A stretch of DNA of 64,000 bases from Clostridiales bacterium (GTDB taxonomy: Bacteria; Bacillota; Dehalobacteriia; UBA7702): the NCBI GenBank assembly GCA_040766525.1, contig JAXGQI010000008.1, positions 167 through 64,166 on the forward strand. Direction: 5' to 3'. This document shows, piece after piece, positions 20,727-29,679 of this stretch; within the stretch, counting starts at the first letter, position 1, and every line of letters starts with the position of its first letter. The notes under the pieces were generated by a model. That model was given only the letters and a program-made list of their open reading frames with translations. It was not told the DNA's origin and searched no databases. Both the position numbers and the translations under genes were made by a program.

Positions 20727-21096
20727 TGCCGTATTTCATGACTTGTCTTCAATTATACTTGTTTTTGTGAAATAATCAAGTAAAAATATTTATTCATGAA
20801 ATTTTGTTTTGGCAAGTTTATCGGTGTTGCCCCGATTTTTACAGCCATATCTTATGGTTATGATTTTTTTAGGACGCAAAGAGTTTCATTTTAGTGAAAT
20901 TTTGCATTGACTTTTGCAAAACTGCGTGATAATATTGCCCATGTTGATCAGGCGAGGAGATGCCAGCCACGCAAAAGTGCCGTATTTCATGACGAAATCT
21001 TTGATAGCGTTGCCTTCGGGTGCGGATTTGTTCCGGCGTGCGCCGGTTCTCCCTGTTTCCCGGTGAAATTTGCGCTGTATTTTCACTCCAGTGAAA
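20727..21096. promoter_or_regulatory. Candidate operators in the divergent intergenic region
   Basis: Direct repeat TGCCGTATTTCATGAC at 20727 and 20978; palindromes TTTCAy-N4-GTGAAA at 20884 and 21081. Confidence 0.5.
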
Positions 21097-21196
21097 TTAT
21101 ATGGTTAGCGCTAAAGGTGAGCTCTTTTCATGAGGGATTTGGACCGACGCCCGATCCTCCGAGAATATCGGTAGAAAAATGTACTGAGGTGAAATG

Positions 21197-21976
21197 ATGA
21201 AGGAAAAAGCATTATGGTTATTTGGGTAAGGGGATGATCGGGATACGATCTTCCGCATCGATAAAGGGCAAGTCATCGCGGGGTATACCGTCGGCATTTT
21301 GCTGATTGATGTTTGGTATCCGCTTTTGCCGGGGAATGTCGTCAACGCATCGACCTATTCCTATCCCGTGCGCCATAAACTCATCCCGGGATCGGTGCAA
21401 ACCAGGATCCATAGCGGCGATCCTACGATCTTAGAGGATATTATTGCTGCTGGGAAAGAGTTGGAGCGGGAAGGGGTCCGGGCAATTGTCGGCGCTTGCG
21501 GTTATTTGGGCCATTTTCAACCCCAGGTTGCTGCGGCCTTGGATGTACCGGTCTATTTGTCGAGCTTATTGCAGGTTTCTTTGATCAAGATGGGGCTTAA
21601 ACCCGGGCAGAAAATTGGGATACTTTGCGCCGATGCGCCGGCCCTTACCCCGGATTTGATGAAAAAGGCCGGAATCCTGTCGCCGGACGATTGTATTGTT
21701 GCCGGTTTAGGTGATAAGCCGGAGTTCTCCGGGATTTTACACAGCAATCGCGGCTATTTTTCCAATGAGGCGGTGCGGCAGGAAATGATTACCACGGCAA
21801 CGGAGCTGGTGGCGGCCCATCCCGAAATCGGGGCGATCCTTTTGGAATGCAGTGATATGCCTCCTTATAGCGCTGATGTGCAAAGAGCCGTAAATTTGCC
21901 GGTTTTCGATTTTATCACGATGATCAATTGGGTGCATCAAGCTGTTGCCCAAAGGGCGTATGAAGGGTTTATTTGA
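21197..21976 (+). CDS. Asp/Glu/hydantoin racemase superfamily protein (indels near the start)
   Basis: GVRAIVGACGY, VPVYLSSL, LLECSDMPPY and LPVFD; two Cys at the typical catalytic positions. Confidence 0.8.
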
Positions 21977-22092
21977 TCCCGTAATATGTAATTGATGCGG
22001 CGGCAAAATTTCATGAAAGCGCGTTAAAAAAACGCCCTTTGGCAGTTCGTTGGGAAGTGCGAAGTGACCCCAAAAAGTTAGGCAATAATTGA

Positions 22093-22834
22093 TCAAGCAG
22101 CCGAGAGGGCTTGTTGTCTGTGAATAGCAGGCGGCAAGCCCTTTAAATATACTTTATTGCGGCGGTTGTTATAATAATCAAGGTATTCGATCAACTCCTG
22201 TTTGAAGTGCTCCATTGATTCGAATTTCTGCAAATACATCAGTTCGCTCTTGAGTAGCTCAAAGAAGTTTTCAATCACGGCATTATCCAGGCGATTCCCT
22301 TTGCGGCTCATGCTCTGACGAATGCCCTTGGCCTTTAAAATTTCCCGATAGTGTCTATGCTGGTACTGCCAGCCTTGGTCAGAGTGGAGAATCAAGTTTG
22401 TTCCATCCGGTATTTGCTCGAATGTTGTTTTCAACATAGATGTTACCATAAAAAGCATTGGCCTTTCCGATAGGGTATAGCTTGCGATGTCCTGGCTGCA
22501 AAGATTAAGAATCGGTGATAAATACAGTTTTTGGCCAAACAAGCTGAACTCCGTAACATCTGTAATCCACTTCAGGTTTGGCTTCTCAGCCTTGAAGTCT
22601 CTTTTTAGAAGGTCGGGGGCAGTTTTACCCACTTCGCCCTTGTAGGATTTGTACTTTTTCATTCGTACCCGGCAGACAAGGCCAAGCGCTTTCATCAATC
22701 GCTGAACCGCCTTGTGATTAAGAGGGAATTCCCGGTTGCGGAGCTCCGATGTAATACGACGATGCCCGTAGCGTCCTTTGTTTTCGTGATATATGGCTGC
22801 AATTTCGTCTCTTTCTGTGCTGTACTTATCTGGC
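22093..22834 (-). pseudogene. IS3-family transposase OrfB, 5'-truncated
   Basis: The frame reads DKYS..IAAIYHENKGRYGHRRIT..NHKAVQRLMK, then the DDE motifs WITDVTEF, HSDQGWQY and IENFF. Confidence 0.9.
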
Positions 22835-22913
22835 TATCTTTGCCGTTTTCGGCCATGATTTTATCAATAACTTCATCGGCAAGTTCCAACGACTTTAAAA
22901 ATTCTCTTTTCAT
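22835..22913 (-). pseudogene. Phage capsid scaffolding protein (GP20-like), N-terminal stub
   Basis: MKREFLKSLELADEVIDKIMAENGKD with a GGAGG RBS, cut off by IS orfB sequence. Confidence 0.75.
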
Positions 22914-23048
22914 TTTCTATCCTCCAATTACGCTTTTTTCGGGGTTGCATCCCGTATTGTCCGTAGTTTTACGACATCGGGCGGTCAATTTTGGGCATAT
23001 AAAAAGCACTCTGCGTTTGCAAAGTGCTTTGAAAGCTGTTATTTGGTT

Positions 23049-23330
23049 TTAGCCTTGATGGAGCAACCCTTCCAGTTCATCCAGTTCGCGGCTATCCTCG
23101 CAATAAATAAATGGACCGTCCTCTATATCGTAAACTACGGTAAACGGGGTTTCTCCATGTTTCCCCTCATAGTGATCGGCATATGGCAACACAATAGGTT
23201 TGCCTATGCTAATTTCAGGGACATCGTATAAAACATTTAGCGCACGTGTCAGAAGTGTTCTCTCATCTACACGATCCCTGTTTTTAAAATAAAAACGAAC
23301 GGTATCGCCTTCCATTCTAAATGTATCCAC
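23049..23330 (-). CDS. Small acidic protein, candidate immunity protein for the MuF toxin
   Basis: 93 aa with a strong RBS (AAGGAGG) just after the muF stop; lies between muF and scaffold, as in MuF toxin loci. Confidence 0.6.
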   Translation of the reverse strand: MDTFRMEGDTVRFYFKNRDRVDERTLLTRALNVLYDVPEISIGKPIVLPYADHYEGKHGETPFTVVYDIEDGPFIYCEDSRELDELEGLLHQG

Positions 23331-23348
23331 TCATACATACCTCCTTAC

Positions 23349-24269
23349 TCAAAAGCCAAGGTCTCTGTCGATTTCCTTATTTGACGTCGACGCTGACCTA
23401 ATTATGTCCACGTACAAGTCATCTCCGTCTAAATGATATTTTCGCCTTTTATGCTCCAAAATTTCCTCAAAAGAGGGATTGGGATGCTTTTTATCAAGAT
23501 CCTTCACCTTGTCCCTATCCTTCATCATGTTTCTTGCCTGTGTACGGTACTTGTTTCTTAGGCTAAAAGCCTTTTCAGCTTGCTCCTTCAATGCCTCGGC
23601 TTTATCCAGCAACTGGGGTATTTGTGCAATATGCCCCCTATACCAGCTTCTCACCTCAACTTTTCCAAATAAGCTATCAAGTCTCTCAGAATAATCCAAG
23701 CTATTCAATACGGACTGTTTCTGCCGGACAAACTCGGTCCATACTTCACTCCTATTATACTTCAAATCCTGGAAATCTGCAAACGATTTAGGGAAATCTT
23801 TGCCTTTAAAAATGGCCTTATATTTAGCAAATTGCTCTTTATCAGCCGCCCAATTCTTGGCAGTTTTCTGATTAAAAGCCATCTTGCTTTTCTCATCAGG
23901 AGAAAGACCGGCTTTCCATTCGCTATAGCTTATATCCGCCGGTATGGTGTAGCTTGATCCTTCTGCTGCCCTGGCGGCTCTCTCACCGCCAAGATCAGCG
24001 AAGTATGGGATTGTCGTGCATCGGCAGAAGGGATGCAGCGGGGGATAATTAACACCCGGCTTTTCATCTTTTACGGGATAATGCTTGCCATCCAAACCAC
24101 CGCAATGCTCACATGTGCGGCTGTCAAGGGTGCCGAGAAATTCATACTCTTCAACCTCTGCTTCTTCGTACATGTCTTTAGTCGCTTGATTCAAAATGAA
24201 ATTTGTTTCGGTGCGAATGAGCCGTTGAGCTCGATACAATTCACCGCCTTTCTTCCCCTCTACGACCAT
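23349..24269 (-). CDS. Phage Mu gpF/SPP1 gp7-like (MuF) protein, N-truncated, with a toxin-like C-terminal extension
   Basis: RLIRTETN, LDSRTCEHC and PPLHPFCRC MuF motifs; a linker, then a ~100-aa helical C-terminal domain (RSWY..AFSLRNKYRTQAR..PNPSFEE..DIIRSAS). Confidence 0.82.
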   Translation of the reverse strand: MVVEGKKGGELYRAQRLIRTETNFILNQATKDMYEEAEVEEYEFLGTLDSRTCEHCGGLDGKHYPVKDEKPGVNYPPLHPFCRCTTIPYFADLGGERAARAAEGSSYTIPADISYSEWKAGLSPDEKSKMAFNQKTAKNWAADKEQFAKYKAIFKGKDFPKSFADFQDLKYNRSEVWTEFVRQKQSVLNSLDYSERLDSLFGKVEVRSWYRGHIAQIPQLLDKAEALKEQAEKAFSLRNKYRTQARNMMKDRDKVKDLDKKHPNPSFEEILEHKRRKYHLDGDDLYVDIIRSASTSNKEIDRDLGF

Positions 24270-24542
24270 CTGTTTGAATTTACCCGTATTCTTTTTGTTA
24301 GGTATTTCCTTTGTGCAAAAATCACCCCAATCGTTATTCAGTAGATCATATGGTCAAACTTTTGGGGGTCATTTCATAATGCCATGGGGTGTTTTTATTT
24401 TGTTTTAAAAGTTAAAGTCGCAGCTAAATGCAGCTATTTTCGGTGCTGCACCGTTCGACAGGATTTCCTCCTTTCTAGGAAAGTGTTCTATGGCAATGGC
24501 GAAAGCGGATATGCTAAACTGAAAGAAAAAAGGGGAGGAAAA

Positions 24543-25367
24543 GTGAAGGGATACAAATGGCTTTTTGCCTGTTTTTTTCTTTTATGCCTGCTTTTTTTGA
24601 GCGTTTTCTATCCGCACAGGGAAGAAACCGTATTTCTTGGTTCTGCTGCTTTACGGCCCGGTTATGCGACTTTGTCTGAAGAGGAGCAAGTCCTTTACGA
24701 TCAAGTGCGCGCGGTGATTGAGGCTTTGGCTGTCAATGTCAGCTTGGGGGAAGGCGTCAAAAGCGATACTTTCCATAAAGTAGTGGAATATATCCAACTG
24801 GATTATCCGGAGATTTTCTGGCTTTCTCCCCAATATGAAGTGGTGACAAGTGAGGATGGTGAGCTAATGTATGAAGCTCATTTTTCCTATACCTTTACGA
24901 AAGAGGAAATCAGCGCCAGAAGATGGGAATTGGAACAATGCCTGCAAAAAATAGTGCGGCAAACGGGGACAGGCGTTGATGGGCTCCGTTTTCTCCACGA
25001 TCATCTCATTGATCATGTGCAGTATGATTCTGATGGCGCCGACACATACAGCACCCTGGTTTTGGGCAAGGGGAATTGCCAAGGATATGCCAAAGCTTTC
25101 CAGTTATTGGCCAATCGGGAAGGTTATGCTTGTATCACGGTCATGGGGGAGGCCGGCGGGGTGAAACACAGTTGGAATTTAGTCAAGGTCAATGGGGAGG
25201 TTCTTTATGTCGATGCAACCTGGGATGATCCACTGCTCAGAGGGGATACGGTGCTTTCGGAGCAAGACCGTTACCGTTATTTTTTGATTGGGGAAGAAAC
25301 TTTGTTTCTCGATCATTCTTTGCCACAGGCCACGCCCTATCAATATCCGATTTCGATCTATCAATAA
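24543..25367 (+). CDS. Secreted/membrane transglutaminase-like protein
   Basis: N-terminal TM; Cys-His-Asp triad motifs GNCQGYAKAF, HSWNLV and DATWDD. Confidence 0.85.
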   Translation: MKGYKWLFACFFLLCLLFLSVFYPHREETVFLGSAALRPGYATLSEEEQVLYDQVRAVIEALAVNVSLGEGVKSDTFHKVVEYIQLDYPEIFWLSPQYEVVTSEDGELMYEAHFSYTFTKEEISARRWELEQCLQKIVRQTGTGVDGLRFLHDHLIDHVQYDSDGADTYSTLVLGKGNCQGYAKAFQLLANREGYACITVMGEAGGVKHSWNLVKVNGEVLYVDATWDDPLLRGDTVLSEQDRYRYFLIGEETLFLDHSLPQATPYQYPISIYQ

Positions 25368-25421
25368 GGGCGGTGTCCAGTTCTGTTCTGGGTCAAAGTT
25401 TACTTTAACTTTGTTTTTGGA

Positions 25422-26111
25422 TTAAACGCGTTTCATCGCCCGGATACGGGCTTTTGTTTTTGATCGATGCGGAGAGATTCGGTGATTTTCTGTGGGCAAG
25501 GCTTTATTGTAGGTGAAATCATCCAGCTCATTATCGTTTAAAAAGGAGAAAGTCTCCTCCGGGAATTTGATGAAGCAGACCGATACCGCCCAGGCTACCG
25601 CCATCTTGACATAATAGCCGGGATGGGGTTGTACTCTGAGGGCGAAAAGGACGCGCTGGATATCTTCGGCTGTGATATAGTGGGCGATCAGCATCACCAC
25701 GCCGAAGCGGACGGAGAATTCCTCTTCCTCTCGGAGATAAGGCTGGAGGAAATCCCAAAAAACTGCTTTATTTTTCGCCGCGATCTTGAGATTGCTGCAA
25801 AAGGTATCGCAGATGCTCCAGCTGTTGATTTTAGGGATGAACCGGCGGATATGGGGCAATATCTCAGCGGGCGTTCCTTTGGCATAACCGATGACGAGGC
25901 CTTGGAGCATCACTTCCTCAAAGGAATCGTCTTCAGCGGCGGCGAGATAAGCTGCCCAATCCCCTTTAGCGATTTCTCTGGCGAGTTTCCGCAGCGCCGG
26001 CAGGCGAACGCCCAGGATATTTTCGATCCCCGGCGTGAGTTTCATAGCAAAGTCCCGGTATTCCTCTTCCGCCAGGGCTTGCAGTTGTTGGCGTATTTCT
26101 AAATTTGTCAT
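25422..26111 (-). CDS. DNA alkylation repair protein (AlkD-like HEAT)
   Basis: GVRLPALRKLA, INSWSICD and YYVKMAVAWA; indel near the 3' end. Confidence 0.85.
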   Translation of the reverse strand: MTNLEIRQQLQALAEEEYRDFAMKLTPGIENILGVRLPALRKLAREIAKGDWAAYLAAAEDDSFEEVMLQGLVIGYAKGTPAEILPHIRRFIPKINSWSICDTFCSNLKIAAKNKAVFWDFLQPYLREEEEFSVRFGVVMLIAHYITAEDIQRVLFALRVQPHPGYYVKMAVAWAVSVCFIKFPEETFSFLNDNELDDFTYNKALPTENHRISPHRSKTKARIRAMKRV

Positions 26112-26118
26112 TTCCGTT

Positions 26119-26952
26119 TTATCCTTTATATGCTGCTCTTAAACGCCGGATCTCTTCTCCGTATCCCGGAACATCATTGGGTGTTTCCAAGTAGAAGGGG
26201 AGGTGGGAGAGGCTTGGATGGTTGATGATCCGTTGGATCGCCTCCCAGCCGATCGAGCCTTCGCCGATTTTGGCGTGGCGGTCTTTGTGGCTGCCTAACG
26301 GGTTCATGGAATCGTTTAAATGGATGGCCTTTAACCGTTTGAGGCCGATGATCCGGTCAAATTCCGCAAGCACGCCGTCAAGATCGGCTACGATATCATA
26401 GCCTCCGTCATAGATATGGCAAGTATCTAGGCACACGCCCACTTTTTCCTCCAGCTCCACTTGATCGATGATGGCACGGAGCTCGGTGAAGGTTTTTCCG
26501 ACTTCGCTGCCTTTCCCGGACATGGTCTCCAAAAGAACCGTCGTCGTTTGGGCGGGGAACAATACTTCGTTTAACAGGGCAGCGATGCGGCGGATACCGT
26601 CTTCACTGCCTTGTCCGACATGGCTGCCGGGGTGAAAATTATAAAGGTTGCCCGGGAGATATTCCATGCGGCTAAGATCATCCGCCATGGTTTCCCGTGC
26701 AAAGGCCCTGATTTTTTCCTGATCGGAACAGGGGTTTAAGGTGTAGGGCGCATGGGCGAGGATGACGGCGATATCATGATCCTTCATCCATTGCAGGAAT
26801 GCCGCAATATCGTTTTCATCAATTGGTTTGGCTTTGCTTCCCCTGGGATTTCTGGTGAAAAATTGGAAAGTATTGGCATCAATGGTGAGCGCTTCTTTTC
26901 CCATGGCGAGAAAGCCTTTGGAAGAGGAGAGATGGCATCCGATTTGGAACAT
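26119..26952 (-). CDS. nfo: Endonuclease IV
   Basis: [34 protein letters not shown] and LETP. Confidence 0.95.
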   Translation of the reverse strand: MFQIGCHLSSSKGFLAMGKEALTIDANTFQFFTRNPRGSKAKPIDENDIAAFLQWMKDHDIAVILAHAPYTLNPCSDQEKIRAFARETMADDLSRMEYLPGNLYNFHPGSHVGQGSEDGIRRIAALLNEVLFPAQTTTVLLETMSGKGSEVGKTFTELRAIIDQVELEEKVGVCLDTCHIYDGGYDIVADLDGVLAEFDRIIGLKRLKAIHLNDSMNPLGSHKDRHAKIGEGSIGWEAIQRIINHPSLSHLPFYLETPNDVPGYGEEIRRLRAAYKG

Positions 26953-26963
26953 GAGGGTCCTCC

Positions 26964-27443
26964 TTATGCGTTTATTTTGTTGTAGGATTTTTCCAATGTA
27001 AGGAGCTTGATTTTAAGGGGCAGCCCCCCGCCATACCCCCCCAGGCCGCCATCGGCGGCGATGACTCGGTGGCAGGGGATGACGATCATGATCGGGTTAT
27101 GGTGATTGGCCATACCGACGGCACGGAACGCTTTACGGTGGCCGATCATTTCCGCGATTTCTTTATAGCTTTTGGTTTCTCCATAAGGGATTTGGCAAAG
27201 CGCTTGCCAGACCTTTTTTTGAAACTCGGTTCCTTTTGGCGCTAAAGGCAGGCTAAAGCAACGGATCGCACCGGCGAAGTAGGCCATGAGTTCGCTAGCG
27301 GCAAGTTTTGTTAATGCGGTCTCTTCGCAAAGGGCGTTCTCCGTTGGTAGATCGGAGGCAAACCCCAGGTGGGTAATGGCAGCGCCGTTTTCGCGGATGC
27401 CGATGGCGCCGATCTCCGTTTCATAATAAAAAAAGTGATCCAT
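26964..27443 (-). CDS. ogt: Methylated-DNA--protein-cysteine methyltransferase
   Basis: [15 protein letters not shown] and IPCHRV. Confidence 0.95.
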   Translation of the reverse strand: MDHFFYYETEIGAIGIRENGAAITHLGFASDLPTENALCEETALTKLAASELMAYFAGAIRCFSLPLAPKGTEFQKKVWQALCQIPYGETKSYKEIAEMIGHRKAFRAVGMANHHNPIMIVIPCHRVIAADGGLGGYGGGLPLKIKLLTLEKSYNKINA

Positions 27444-27724
27444 GGTAATTTCCCCTTGCATTTTCTTATTATCTTAGCATAAAAGAAAAATAATTGCTAA
27501 AAATCTTTTGCCTGAAAATCGTGAAAGGTTTTTTGTTTTCTGCCATGTTTAACAGGGATTTTCTTGTGATTTTCGGCAATTTTTGGGGAATGGCGGCTGT
27601 TTTTCTCTATAATTTTGTTCGATTATATAAATCATTTGAGGCTTTTTTTTTTAAAAAACTTGATGAATAAACATTTTTTAAGTACAATAAGGGAATAGCC
27701 GAAGATTATTAGGAGGAAAAACTT

Positions 27725-29660
27725 TTGGAACGGAAATTTAGAATCGCTTTGCTGTTGCTGATAGCAATCGCCTTTGTTGTTTCTCTGTATATCATTGTTC
27801 AGAGAGTAGAAATTGAACAGGGTGATCAAAATCTGGATGTGGCGGTCGAGTGGGCTCAGTTGCAAAGTTTTGCCGAACGGCAAGGGCTTACGGATGATGA
27901 AGCCTTGGCGATGCTCCAAGATAAAGTGACTGCGATCATCTTCAAGGAACAGTTGTTTTCGGAGTTATTAGCGAATGGTCAGGCTACGGTATATAGCCCG
28001 GTGGATTTGCGTTTTAGTTTAGCCCGGGGAGAAGTTGACGTCCACGATGAGAACGGTGTAACTTTATCGGAAGCGGATGTTTCCCTGGAATCGAATTATT
28101 ATATTTTTGCCAGCGAGGCGGCTTTGGATTCTGTCGTTTGGAATCTTGACGCCAAGCGTATGGGTGAGTATCAAACATATGTGATAGAAACCGGCGGCCA
28201 GGTTTTTCCCTTCCTGGAAACCAATTTCCCGATTGCTTCTTTACTCGATGTGGGGGTTGGTTTTAATCAGGAATCCATGGAAAAAGTGGCTTCTTTTGGT
28301 TTTCGGATCATCCCGCAATTTAGGAGTTGGCCCAGCTATCAAGAGAGAGATATGGCGAAGCTTTTGGAACCCTTTGCTAATCTCCAAATGAGTTGCGTCC
28401 TTTTTAACGATGCGTCTCTCCCGGGGATGGAATTGGAAGGTGAGGATTTCACGGCGGCCTATCAAGATATTGCCCAAGCATTTTCCGCCCTGGATGTTCC
28501 TGTGGCGACCATTGAATTTTTTAATCAAAAGGGCATGAGTTCCTTGATGACAGCGTATAACAATGAGATGGTTCGCCTCCATGTGATCACCGATAGTGAG
28601 ATCACGACGATGACGAAGGATAAAGCCTTGGATCGGTATCTTTTAGCGGTCAATGAGCGCAATATCCGCGTTTTGTTTGTGAAATTTTTCAATACCATGG
28701 ATTTTGAAAGTAATGTAGAATTCTTGGGGACTTTGGATCAGGCTCTGATTGATGATGGGTTTACTTTGGCCGCGCCGGTTTCCATTCCCGATGTTCAGAA
28801 TAATTTCGCCTTACTGTTTTTGATTGCACTCGGTATTGCCGCGGGCGGCGTTTGTTTGTTGGATTTACTGCGGTTGCGGAAGGTGGGGCTGGTTTTGGCC
28901 GCCTTACTGCTCCTTGGCGTTTTAGGTCTGTTGTGCTTGATCGGTCGATATTGGCTGCTAAAGGGCTGGCCTTACGGTGGCTTTGATCTTCCCGACTTGG
29001 GCGTTTTCCGTTGGCGCCGGGGCCGCGGAATCTCTGGCATTCATTGCTCACCTTTTTTAAGATTACCGATTTCCTTACGGGTGCGGCTTTTGTGGTTGGC
29101 CTCTTGGGGCATGGGAAGATCTTTATGCTGTGCTTGGATGCTTTTTCCGGTACAAAAATCGCTTTGCTGGCCCGATCTTGTTGCTGTTCTTGCTCTTAAT
29201 CATCTATAAGGCAGAGGAAAAACTGGGACAGAGAGCATGGAAAATTTTCAATGAACCGGTACGGAACGGCTATTTATTGCTGGGGCTGCTGTTTTGCGTT
29301 GTAATCTTGATTTTCCTCCTTCGTTCCGGGAACGACGGTTTATCCGCGACCAGTATTGAAAATGGTGATTAGACCAAATTGATCAATGGCTGGTTGTGCG
29401 CCCCGAACGAAAGAGTCTCTTCTAGGCAACTCCGGCAATGCCGTTGGCCCTTTACTATGGGTATAAGGATCGGCTTTGCCTTTGTGGATCATGGGCATCA
29501 TTGGGCAGGTGTCGATCATCAATACTCTCTTGCCATTTGCATACCCCCATTTTGATTTCGCTTTTACGCACATTTAACGGATCTGGATCGGTCTTTTGAT
29601 TGGTATTGCCCCTCTCGGTTTCTGTTATGTTGATGATAAAATACTATAAGAAAATGAGAA
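27725..29660 (+). CDS. DUF5693-like membrane protein upstream of csaB (frameshifted)
   Basis: N-terminal TM, a large soluble domain with AVNERNIR, and a C-terminal TM region with LLRSGN and an H.HTP-like segment in shifted frames. Confidence 0.6.
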
Positions 29661-29679
29661 TAAAAGGAAATGGTGTCAT

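Larger units (their letters stand above)
22060..24376 (-). mobile_element. IS3-family derivative carrying phage-derived cargo
   Basis: IRL TGAAATGACCCCCAAAAGTTTGACCA (24376-24351) and IRR cGAAGTGACCCCAAAAAGTTAGGCAA (22060-22085); orfA stub at one end, orfB at the other, phage genes between. Confidence 0.85.

Noticed and set aside
22695-22913. 72-aa ORF as a real gene
   Set aside because: It is a chimera of the scaffold stub and out-of-frame IS orfB sequence.
22835-24269. Intact prophage
   Set aside because: Only a muF fragment, one small ORF and a scaffold stub are present; there is no terminase, portal, capsid, integrase or att site.
22050-24385. Target-site duplication for the IS3 derivative
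   Set aside because: The flanks (AGTG and TAAT) do not match, so recent transposition into this site is not supported.
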